A DNA stretch of 64,000 nt. Origin: an uncultured virus (IMG/VR IMGVR_UViG_3300031963_011487). Lineage: Duplodnaviria > Heunggongvirae > Uroviricota > Caudoviricetes. A program made the translations under genes and the position numbers. Below, piece after piece: positions 47,606 to 56,320 of this stretch (position 1 is the first letter of the stretch; each line of letters opens with the position of its first letter). The notes beneath the pieces were generated by a model. That model did not search any database. It worked only from the letters and a program-made list of their open reading frames with translations, and had not been told where the DNA came from. The stretch is taken from the IMG/VR virus record IMGVR_UViG_3300031963_011487; one strand, written 5' to 3'.

Positions 47606-50600
47606 ATGGCTGCACCGCATGGTTACGGATCCTTTGATTATAAAGTAATCAATAAAAACATAACACAAATATTGGACGAACGTTCACGACTGAACAATAC
47701 AGTTCAAGTTGCGATGCCGTTTGTTAAAGCAACAACTACCATACAGTTGGATGCTGTACTGAAACCTGGTAATATTGGATTTACTCTTGGACTACACGCA
47801 ATTGACGAAGATGTAAAACATGAAGATATGTTTTCTTCACAGGAAGGAGACTTACCATTAGTAGGATACACATATGCAGAAGATGGAACATCTAGACGGG
47901 TATATTCAATAGATCCAACTGAGGAAATGGTTGCTAAAGTATTTGATTCAAAGGCAAGATTATTTAAAACTACTGAGTTTTTAAGGATTCCGCCACCTGG
48001 CATAGAACAAGTTACTATTGGTAGAAATAAAAATGGGTTGATTGCAAGTGCTCAACTTAGTATAAACGTACCCTCTTTAATACAACTAGAAACATTACAC
48101 AAAACATTTTTAGTACCAGGACTAGGAATGGTACTTGAATGGGGGCAGCAGTTTGCACCAAACTCTACAGAAACCTTATCCGATGGTACAGTTACGGATT
48201 ATATGTTCCCTTGGTATAATCGTGATTTACTCTTACCTTTATTGAAACGTTTGGGTGCGAATAAGGTTGGTCTAGAGGAAATATTAAAAGAATATGTGTA
48301 TCCAACCAATGGACAATACATGTGGATGTTTGGTCGAGTAGCAAACTTTAACATAAATTCCAATTCAGATGGATCTTTTAAAGTAAGTGTAAAAATCGTC
48401 GGTCCATCAGAGGATTCTTGGGCATATGACACCAAACGTACAGTAATTCCACCGTTTATTCCTCAACGAGAAGATGGATCATCGCAATTTTTCTGTGCAA
48501 GTAAAACAAATAGTATATACTCATATTTTACAGAAACTACAGTGGGTCCAAACTTCAAAACAAAATTGGATGATACATTAAACGAAAGTAAAAACTCTCC
48601 GTGGGCAAAACATGTAATACGATTTGAAACAGGTAATAAAAAGAGTGGTGATCCACTTCCCACCGAAACAAAACCAACCGTAAGTCAAAACAGTTTTGCT
48701 GATGCAGAAAACGCATATTTCATTTCATGGAGATTTTTCGTAAATGAAGTTTTGAATGGCGCCGAAAATAGTATACGGAGTTCTGTATTTGGTAATGCAC
48801 TGATTGATAATGAATATGAACTTGGTAAAGTTGGAATGCTTATGCCATACGCACATGGACCAAATAGACAGATTAGGGGAGATGCGTTGGCGGATCCTAC
48901 AAAATATGGATATATTGATGACCCATATGAATCATTTGTTGGAATGAATTCCTATTTACGATCCATTGATCCGTCTACCATGATAATCGTTAATGATTTG
49001 GCAGTAAGTTTAGCAAGTGGAAGTCAACAATATAAATTGGCAGCATCCGAGAAAAACATTTTTCAAGATACGGCAGAATCTAGTAAATTTAAGCAAGTTG
49101 GATTGTTTGAAAAATCTACAAGTGCGTTTGAACCGGAAGCAAAAGATCGTGGATTCTTAAGCGCAGGTGTATGGATAAACCACAAGGCAATCGTTGAATC
49201 CATGATACAAGCAGATACTCTTATGAGAGGTATTGTTAATTTATTGGAAAGAATGAATTTGGCAACAAACCGATATTGGAATCTTACATTAGATACGGTT
49301 GAACCAGATAAACAGTTTGATTCTGCTTATAATTACATGGTTGTGGATTTGAACTATAAAGAAAGTTCAGAACGAGCAGTTAGTAAATTTATTGACGATG
49401 TACATATCTTTAATAAATATGTTAGAGTTGATAGAGACAGTGGCGAATTGATTGGATCAGAATTAATTGAAAATAGTGTGGATCTTTCTCTACCAAAGTT
49501 GATGTTTACTCAAATAGCAACGTTGGGATTGGTTCAACCAAAAGATATAGAAGCTGTAATGCGGAAACCTACCCAAACAAATGGTGAACCAACAGAACCA
49601 GAACCAGAAAGTCCAAAAATATCCGATCCAAATGATGCGTTGCGTAGAATGTTTGCAATAACTTCATTAGTGGCACCAACGGATACCGCACAAGGTCCAG
49701 ATTTAACTATTCCACCAAAAGTAGAACGACAGACACTACTAGATGCACAAGCACAATGCAGTGGAGAAAATACTCAAGTAACTGCACAAGCGGCAGGAAT
49801 GGGAAATAGAGCGGGATCGCCGGCAATCCCAGAAAATTTAAAAAATAAAAGCGTTGAAGATTTAGAAAAACAGAAACAACAAAATAAAGAACTACTACAA
49901 TCCGACGTATGTAAAAAATGTACTACATGTGAAAGTTCACAAACAACTACGCCCCGACCGACCGGACAAAATTCATATGTGTCAAAATCAGGACGAATAA
50001 TAACCATTCCGGTAAATACAAATAGTCCAGGAAAACTCGACAGTACTAAAAAATTATATGCAGCAGGACATAGAAACGGACAATTAAGTACTTCTCTACT
50101 AGTAGCAGGCACAGGTGGCGCCTATCTGTATAAGGATGTTGCTGCAAAGTGGAATCAATTAGTTGCAGCTGCAAAAACTGAAGGTATTAATTTGACACAT
50201 AACTGGGCATATCGTTCATTAGCCGAACAGATTCGTATAGCCAAACAAGAAGGATTGTACAAACAAGAAGCACCACGAGATAGTACAAACTCTACGGGTA
50301 AAGCAGCAGATCCAGGAACTTCAAATCATGGATGGGGGTTTGCTCTTGATATAAACGTGGGAAAAAGTTATACAAGTAAAAACTATCTATGGCTAAAACA
50401 AAATGCAAGTAAGTATGGATTTGCAAATACGGTAGATGGGGAACCACATCACTGGGAATATATTGGCCCCATATCCGATCCACCAAGAGCCAGTACACCA
50501 CCAACGCCAAACTCTACACCTACCACACCACCCACTCCGAAACCTGACGGTACATGCACTGACTTTTTAAGTAAAAATCAAGAAGAATGTAAAAAATGTA

Positions 50601-51034
50601 AATCGGCAGAACTAATAAATTCTCAAATTGATAAAGTACTACCCGATAAACAAAAATTTACAATTGTCACCCGACAGTTTGAGGGACTACAGAATTTATT
50701 CAAGTATATAGAGATATTTCCAGATTATATGACTGCTGCAATTACGGGAACCGCAGACGGAAATGTAGCAAACGCATTTGGTGCTTCGCCAGGTTCGTTG
50801 GCAATCAAAGCAGATTTAACTTTACCTGGTATAAACGGAATGCGAGTAGGTGAATTATTTTGGATAGATCGTATCCCTTCTTTTTATAAAGCATTTGGAG
50901 CATTCCAGATTATGAGTATTGAAGATGTTCTCGGAACGGATGGATGGAAAACTAAAATTCATGCCCAATTTAATTATCTAGGAGAACGTTGGAAATCGGC
51001 AATGGAATCTAGACTCAGTGGAAGAACAACATGA
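47606..51034 (+). CDS. baseplate hub-like protein with M15 (VanY-like) peptidoglycan peptidase domain
   Basis: PPPGI, MVLEWG and LTLPGING hub-type motifs. AYRSLAEQ...PGTSNHGWGFALDI...WLKQNASKYGF...EPHHWEY at about 50200-50465. Confidence 0.8.
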   Translation: MAAPHGYGSFDYKVINKNITQILDERSRLNNTVQVAMPFVKATTTIQLDAVLKPGNIGFTLGLHAIDEDVKHEDMFSSQEGDLPLVGYTYAEDGTSRRVYSIDPTEEMVAKVFDSKARLFKTTEFLRIPPPGIEQVTIGRNKNGLIASAQLSINVPSLIQLETLHKTFLVPGLGMVLEWGQQFAPNSTETLSDGTVTDYMFPWYNRDLLLPLLKRLGANKVGLEEILKEYVYPTNGQYMWMFGRVANFNINSNSDGSFKVSVKIVGPSEDSWAYDTKRTVIPPFIPQREDGSSQFFCASKTNSIYSYFTETTVGPNFKTKLDDTLNESKNSPWAKHVIRFETGNKKSGDPLPTETKPTVSQNSFADAENAYFISWRFFVNEVLNGAENSIRSSVFGNALIDNEYELGKVGMLMPYAHGPNRQIRGDALADPTKYGYIDDPYESFVGMNSYLRSIDPSTMIIVNDLAVSLASGSQQYKLAASEKNIFQDTAESSKFKQVGLFEKSTSAFEPEAKDRGFLSAGVWINHKAIVESMIQADTLMRGIVNLLERMNLATNRYWNLTLDTVEPDKQFDSAYNYMVVDLNYKESSERAVSKFIDDVHIFNKYVRVDRDSGELIGSELIENSVDLSLPKLMFTQIATLGLVQPKDIEAVMRKPTQTNGEPTEPEPESPKISDPNDALRRMFAITSLVAPTDTAQGPDLTIPPKVERQTLLDAQAQCSGENTQVTAQAAGMGNRAGSPAIPENLKNKSVEDLEKQKQQNKELLQSDVCKKCTTCESSQTTTPRPTGQNSYVSKSGRIITIPVNTNSPGKLDSTKKLYAAGHRNGQLSTSLLVAGTGGAYLYKDVAAKWNQLVAAAKTEGINLTHNWAYRSLAEQIRIAKQEGLYKQEAPRDSTNSTGKAADPGTSNHGWGFALDINVGKSYTSKNYLWLKQNASKYGFANTVDGEPHHWEYIGPISDPPRASTPPTPNSTPTTPPTPKPDGTCTDFLSKNQEECKKCKSAELINSQIDKVLPDKQKFTIVTRQFEGLQNLFKYIEIFPDYMTAAITGTADGNVANAFGASPGSLAIKADLTLPGINGMRVGELFWIDRIPSFYKAFGAFQIMSIEDVLGTDGWKTKIHAQFNYLGERWKSAMESRLSGRTT

Positions 51035-51435
51035 TTGATCAAAAAATATTGGATTCTTTATATAAAAGTAATGAACAGCAACTAAAAGAATTCTTAGAAC
51101 CTATTCCGCAACAGATATCTCCTATAGTAACACAGAAAGATGTTACTAACAAATATATGATTAGATATTTTGTACGACAAGTAAACGATCAACTCTATGT
51201 AGTTGAAGTAAATAAACAACAATATGAAAGTTTTAAAACAAACCCACGGTTTATAACTGTTAAAATTAAATGGAAAATTATAGGAAAAAAAGAAACCACT
51301 GTACTAAGTAGCGGGGCCAAAATATACGGCGTAGATGATCAGAATCGGATTGAGGTAGAAACTGCGGACTTGACATTTGGTGGGTTACGTAGTTACATTA
51401 CAAGTTATCTGGAGTACTGGTTTTCCGAGGAATAA
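51031..51435 (+). CDS. hypothetical protein
   Basis: 134-aa ORF with ATGA overlap (RYFVRQVN, IKWKI). Confidence 0.65.
   Translation: MIDQKILDSLYKSNEQQLKEFLEPIPQQISPIVTQKDVTNKYMIRYFVRQVNDQLYVVEVNKQQYESFKTNPRFITVKIKWKIIGKKETTVLSSGAKIYGVDDQNRIEVETADLTFGGLRSYITSYLEYWFSEE
51370..51399 (+). promoter_or_regulatory. possible sigma70-like promoter for the PolA-like gene
   Basis: TTGACA (51370-75)-N18-TACATT, inside the upstream CDS. Confidence 0.4.
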
Positions 51436-52680
51436 ATGATTATTAGTAGTTACGTACAGTATCAACAATTAATTCAACGTATAGATCGGGAGCAATGTAT
51501 ATTGATTCCGATTTTTCGTGACATACATCTGCATAGAAAAGAGAATAATATACTATGCATAGCAATTAGTTTTTTAGATCAAACATATATAATATCTATA
51601 TCACACGAGGACGCCCCGTGTTTCTTGATTCCAGAGGGTTCGTATTTAACGTCAGATGACATACAAACACTTGCCTACGTTAATAATATTCCACTATCTG
51701 AATGGGAATACTGTCCCTATATCGTTGATACACATAACCAGTTTTGGAATGTTACGGATGTAAACCGATTAATTCCGTTGTCGGTGTGGTCATCTGTACT
51801 AAAAAAATATGCAGAGAAACAATGGAAGATTGTAAATACAGTCCCGCAAAATGAAACCTATGCGTCTACCGTAAGTATGATTAAAACATTACGGGAAATT
51901 GAAGATGCGGGAATCTGCGTGGATCGTAACGTACTCCAACAACATTTTGAATCTAAGACGTTACGTGCGTTTAAGAGTAATCTCGTTTATTCAGAATATA
52001 ATCCATACACAACCACGGGTAGACCAAGCAATCGGTTTGGTGGGATTAACTTTTCTGCACTGAATAAATCCGATGGTACTCGTGATGCGTTTATCAGTCG
52101 ATATGAGGAGGGTATATTGGTACAAATGGATTTTGAGGCATACCATCTCCGACTCATTGCGGATCAGTTTGATATTCCACTACCCAACACATCGTTACAC
52201 ACAGAACTTGCTAAAAAGTATTTTGGTACCGATGATATTACTGATGAATTGTATGCAATGAGTAAGCAAAAAACATTTGAGATCATGTATGGGATGTCTG
52301 ATGAAACCTATGGCGTTCATCTATTTGAACGGGTAGTAGAATTACGGAAGTTGTTTCAGACTACGACGGGAACGCTAGAACTACCCAGCGGAATAACAGT
52401 AGATTTCCCAGAACCAAACGCAAGTAAAATGTTTAATTATTATGTTCAATCGTTGGAAGTAATAAAGACTTTACCTAAGTTACGTAAAATACTAGACTTA
52501 TTAAAAACCACGCGGAACCACTTGATACTTTATACTTATGATAGTATCTTACTAGATATGGAACGATTTGATAAAGAATTACTTATGCAGATTGTTGCTA
52601 TCTTAGAAGACAATAAAAAATTTCCTGTTCGTGTATATACGGGCACAACATATGGTAACATTTCGGAGATACGGTTATGA
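51436..52680 (+). CDS. divergent, compact family A DNA polymerase-like protein
   Basis: TTTGRPS, motif A DFEAYHLR, motif B KQKTFEIMYG, FNYYVQS, motif C YDS. 414 aa with no clear exonuclease motifs. Confidence 0.8.
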   Translation: MIISSYVQYQQLIQRIDREQCILIPIFRDIHLHRKENNILCIAISFLDQTYIISISHEDAPCFLIPEGSYLTSDDIQTLAYVNNIPLSEWEYCPYIVDTHNQFWNVTDVNRLIPLSVWSSVLKKYAEKQWKIVNTVPQNETYASTVSMIKTLREIEDAGICVDRNVLQQHFESKTLRAFKSNLVYSEYNPYTTTGRPSNRFGGINFSALNKSDGTRDAFISRYEEGILVQMDFEAYHLRLIADQFDIPLPNTSLHTELAKKYFGTDDITDELYAMSKQKTFEIMYGMSDETYGVHLFERVVELRKLFQTTTGTLELPSGITVDFPEPNASKMFNYYVQSLEVIKTLPKLRKILDLLKTTRNHLILYTYDSILLDMERFDKELLMQIVAILEDNKKFPVRVYTGTTYGNISEIRL

Positions 52681-53537
52681 CATTTGAAATTGGTGTACTT
52701 GGATTGGGATACGTTGGGGGAACAGTAGCGCAAGCGTATCAACGAAAGAACGTTTCCATTCACACGTATGATATTGATCCAAACAGAAATCCTACATGTG
52801 AAACGTTTGAAGAATTTTTGAATAAGGCAAATTTGATTTATGTTGCCGTGCCGACCCCGATGACACGGGAAGGTGCGTGTGATACTCGGATCGTTGAGCA
52901 AGTGGTCCATGATTTGTGCATGACGGATCAGTCCAAAGTCATTATTATTAAATCGACTGTTCCGCCCGGTACCACGGAGAAGCTACAGGAACGGTACACC
53001 AATCACACCATACTATTCAGTCCAGAGTTTTTAACGGAAAGAAATGCATTAAGTGATTTCTTAAATCAGGAAGTCATGTTAATTGGAAAGTCTAAACGGG
53101 CTTCACAAGAACTTGCTGATTTGGCACTGAGTAGTCAGGCTAGTGTCACGGAGACAATACGACTGGCTAAGGTGGTAGATGCCACAGTAGCAGAACTATA
53201 TAAGTATACATCTAATTTATTCTTGGCAACCAAAGTATCATTTGCCAATGAAATGGCAGATATTGCAGCAAATGTCGGAGTGGAGTGGAATTCTGTGGAA
53301 CGACTGCTTTTGTATGATACCCGACTAGGAAAGAGTCACTGGATGGTTCCTGGACCAGATGGTCATCGTGGATTTGGTGGTACCTGTTTTCCGAAAGATT
53401 TGTCTGCATTGATTAGTCACGCAGAATCCAATGGAGTTCCAACACCACTACTTCGTTCTGTCTGGAAACGTAATGTATTAGTAGATCGTCCCGAACGAGA
53501 TTGGGAGCAAATGAAGGGACGTGCGGTGTCTGAATAA
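52677..53537 (+). CDS. ugd: UDP-glucose/GDP-mannose 6-dehydrogenase family (short form)
   Basis: GLGYVG, VPTP, KSTVPPG, SPEFL, AELYKY...KVSFANE, GFGGTCFPKD. Ends before the usual C-terminal UDP-binding domain. Confidence 0.85.
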   Translation: MTFEIGVLGLGYVGGTVAQAYQRKNVSIHTYDIDPNRNPTCETFEEFLNKANLIYVAVPTPMTREGACDTRIVEQVVHDLCMTDQSKVIIIKSTVPPGTTEKLQERYTNHTILFSPEFLTERNALSDFLNQEVMLIGKSKRASQELADLALSSQASVTETIRLAKVVDATVAELYKYTSNLFLATKVSFANEMADIAANVGVEWNSVERLLLYDTRLGKSHWMVPGPDGHRGFGGTCFPKDLSALISHAESNGVPTPLLRSVWKRNVLVDRPERDWEQMKGRAVSE

Positions 53538-53561
53538 CGGTATTTTACCACCATGAAGTAA

Positions 53562-53569
53562 TATTTATT
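53562..53569 (+). promoter_or_regulatory. putative late promoter TATTTATT
   Basis: 40 nt upstream of ATG 53602. Confidence 0.45.
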
Positions 53570-53601
53570 ATGAGATTGTTTCCTTTTAATGAGTATTACA
53601 C

Positions 53602-54003
53602 ATGGAATCAGACACACAGTTACTCTGTACATTTACAACTATTGAAGGAATTGATGCGACTATAGAAGCAATAAAAGATTCCTATAAATTAGTATTTAAT
53701 AAAGTTTATGTACTTGAAAACACCGAAGATGCAAATCAGTTGGTCTTGACATATAATGTAGCAAAGCCTACAGATGCAACGGTTACCCCACCACCGTCAA
53801 CAATATCGGTTCATAGAAAAAAGCAAACGAATACCATTTACACGATTAATGCAATTAACAAATTAATTGAAAGTAAAAATGGTGGGGTGTTAGACAAATC
53901 ATATAAGATTGATTGGAATGAATTACAAAATATGGTACTGGTGACTGCCTACGGAAAACTAAAAATTGTAAATACTAAACTTGTAAAAATCATAGATCTC
54001 TAA
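53602..54003 (+). CDS. hypothetical protein
   Basis: 133-aa ORF (QLLCTFT, VHRKKQTNTIYTINAIN). Confidence 0.7.
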   Translation: MESDTQLLCTFTTIEGIDATIEAIKDSYKLVFNKVYVLENTEDANQLVLTYNVAKPTDATVTPPPSTISVHRKKQTNTIYTINAINKLIESKNGGVLDKSYKIDWNELQNMVLVTAYGKLKIVNTKLVKIIDL

Positions 54004-54007
54004 ACAC

Positions 54008-54036
54008 TTGACAACCTTGCTGGACCCTATTACTAT
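54008..54036 (+). promoter_or_regulatory. sigma70-like promoter of ssb
   Basis: TTGACA (54008-13)-N17-TACTAT (54031-36). Confidence 0.75.
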
Positions 54037-54092
54037 ACGTGATAGGGAGTTTTAAACTCACTAAACATCTAAACACTAAAAGGAGTAAACGT

Positions 54093-54878
54093 ATGTCACT
54101 AAACATTGCAGCACTTAAGGCAAAGCTCAATCAGTTCAACCGTCAAGGTGACCGTGGTGAGGCACTCTGGAAGCCCACTGAAGGTAAGCACGTAATTCGT
54201 ATTGTTCCGTGGAAGGAAAACAAGGAAAATCCTTTTATTGAACTGTACTTCCATTATCTAGGTAATAAGACCCATCTGTCGCCTACATCATACGGCAATC
54301 GTGATCCTATCATGGAGTTTGCCGAGGCACTTGCTGCCGGTGGTACGAAGGATGATTGGGCACAATCTCGTGTATTCCGTCCGAAGCTCCGTACGTTCGT
54401 TCCAATTATCGTTCGTGGTGAAGAAGACAAGGGCGTTCGTTTCATGTCATTCGGCAAGACGGTATATACAGAACTTCTTTCCATCATTTCCGATCCCGAT
54501 TACGGCGATATCACGGATGTAAAGAACGGTCGTGACATTGTGGTTGAATACATCCCACAGGAAAAGAGTGATACGAACTTCGCTAAGACGATGGTTCGTC
54601 CAAAGCCAAATCAGACTCCTGCGGGTACCGCAGAGCAGATCCAAAAGTTCATCACAGAACAGCCAGATATTCGTTCCATCTTCAAGGAGCCCTCTTACGA
54701 GGAATTGAAGGTTGCGCTCGAACGGTATCTTGACCCAAGTAGTGGTCCAGCAGTTCCAACACAGAAGACTGTTGAAGATACTCCCGTCGCTTCACCGACA
54801 GCTACAAAGTCGGCAACCACACAGAAGTCTACGTCAGTCAAGGATATGATTGACGAGTTCGACGAAGTATTTAATTAA
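54093..54878 (+). CDS. single-stranded DNA-binding protein (T4 gp32-like)
   Basis: WKP...IRIVP, FGKTVY, DITDVKNGRD, acidic tail DEFDEVFN. AAGGAG RBS supports ATG 54093. Confidence 0.8.
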   Translation: MSLNIAALKAKLNQFNRQGDRGEALWKPTEGKHVIRIVPWKENKENPFIELYFHYLGNKTHLSPTSYGNRDPIMEFAEALAAGGTKDDWAQSRVFRPKLRTFVPIIVRGEEDKGVRFMSFGKTVYTELLSIISDPDYGDITDVKNGRDIVVEYIPQEKSDTNFAKTMVRPKPNQTPAGTAEQIQKFITEQPDIRSIFKEPSYEELKVALERYLDPSSGPAVPTQKTVEDTPVASPTATKSATTQKSTSVKDMIDEFDEVFN

Positions 54879-54884
54879 TCACAC

Positions 54885-54913
54885 TTGACACTACGTGCGT
54901 GACCTACTAGATT
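54885..54913 (+). promoter_or_regulatory. sigma70-like promoter of recA
   Basis: TTGACA (54885-90)-N17-TAGATT (54908-13). Confidence 0.7.
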
Positions 54914-54951
54914 CTAGTGGGTCACCACGTATTCTATTATAGGAATCATTT

Positions 54952-56088
54952 ATGGCAAAAGAAAAGAAGGTTATTCAAGAACCTGACCGTGATGAGTTAG
55001 CGTCCCTCATTGCAGAGTCACTAAATAAAATGAACAAGGATAGTGATCAAATTGCATTCTTCCTTGATGGACGAGAAAATACACCCACCGACTTTACCGA
55101 TTTTATTTCAACGGGTAATACGATGTTGGACATTGCAATTAGTAATCGTCCACATGGTGGTATTGCAGTTGGTCGTATTACGGAACTTACTGGATTGGAA
55201 GGATCTGGCAAGTCCTTGATTGGTGCGCAGTTAATTGCCAACACGCAGAAACGTGGCGGGGTGGGTGTATTGATTGACACAGAAACCGCAGTCAATCCAG
55301 AGTTCTTTAAGGCGGTTGGTATTGATACAAATAAATTAGTTTATGTTCATCTCGCAACCGTTGAGGAAATTTTTGATGCTGTCACCACAATTATTGAAAA
55401 GGTGCGTACTGGAAAGGATAAAGACAAACTGGTCACGATTGTCGTTGACTCCGTTGCCGCTGCGTCAACCAAGAAAGAAATGGAAGCCGATTTTGGAAAA
55501 GACGGATATGCTACAGATAAAGCAATCATTATCTCCAAAGCAATGCGTAAGATTACTGGATTGCTTGGAAGAGAGCGAATTGCACTAGTCTTCACAAATC
55601 AGTTACGTCAAAAGATGAACGCAATGGCGTTTAGTGATCCGTGGACGACTTCGGGTGGAAAGGCAATTGCGTTCCATGCATCCACTCGTCTCCGACTCAA
55701 TCTGATGGGGAAGATCAGTAACTCCGCAGGTGATGTGATTGGTGTAAAGGTGAAGGCAAATGTAATCAAGAACCGATTGGGACCGCCACATCGTACTGCC
55801 GAATTCCAAATTTATTTCAATCGTGGTATTGATGATGCAAGTTCGTGGTTGGATGTGATGAAGGAAAACAAGTTGGTTAAGCAGGCAGGTGCTTGGTATA
55901 CGTATGTGGATCCGACCACTGGTGAAGAAACGAAGTTCCAATCCAAAGAGTTTGCCAAGTTCCTTGATGCAGATGCGGAACGAAAGGAAGTCATCTATCA
56001 AGCAATTTGTGATTCACTTATCATGAAGTATCAGACAGAATTTGATCCAGAAGCAATTAGTATCACGGGAGCATCCGATGACGAATAA
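54952..56088 (+). CDS. recA: RecA/UvsX recombinase
   Basis: STG...LDIA, GLEGSGKS, VDSVAA, NQLR, TSGGKAIAFHASTRL, KNR. Confidence 0.95.
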   Translation: MAKEKKVIQEPDRDELASLIAESLNKMNKDSDQIAFFLDGRENTPTDFTDFISTGNTMLDIAISNRPHGGIAVGRITELTGLEGSGKSLIGAQLIANTQKRGGVGVLIDTETAVNPEFFKAVGIDTNKLVYVHLATVEEIFDAVTTIIEKVRTGKDKDKLVTIVVDSVAAASTKKEMEADFGKDGYATDKAIIISKAMRKITGLLGRERIALVFTNQLRQKMNAMAFSDPWTTSGGKAIAFHASTRLRLNLMGKISNSAGDVIGVKVKANVIKNRLGPPHRTAEFQIYFNRGIDDASSWLDVMKENKLVKQAGAWYTYVDPTTGEETKFQSKEFAKFLDADAERKEVIYQAICDSLIMKYQTEFDPEAISITGASDDE

Positions 56089-56320
56089 TCTAGAAGATGT
56101 TGTTCAGTTAGTCATGCGTGCATATACTGAAACGCACGGTGACGAATTTGATATTACGCCGATGTTTGAATTGGAAGTACGGAAGGCGTTAATGCAGAAG
56201 TATTGTTCTAATTTACCATCGCATACATACACGATTAATAAAGGTAATTTGATGGGACAATGGAACGTGAACCTTGCTAGTAATGCAACTAGTTCACATA
56301 ACATCTTGTTACATGGTTGA
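56078..56320 (+). CDS. hypothetical protein
   Basis: ATG 56078 with GGGAG RBS; fills the gap between recA and the exonuclease gene. Confidence 0.55.
   Translation: MTNNLEDVVQLVMRAYTETHGDEFDITPMFELEVRKALMQKYCSNLPSHTYTINKGNLMGQWNVNLASNATSSHNILLHG

Noticed and set aside
54039..54092. Longer track starts for ssb, and likewise 27114, 56042, 56274, 57286, 60616 and 61269
   Set aside because: Downstream ATGs have better RBS or stop-start coupling; the extensions overlap upstream genes or promoters.
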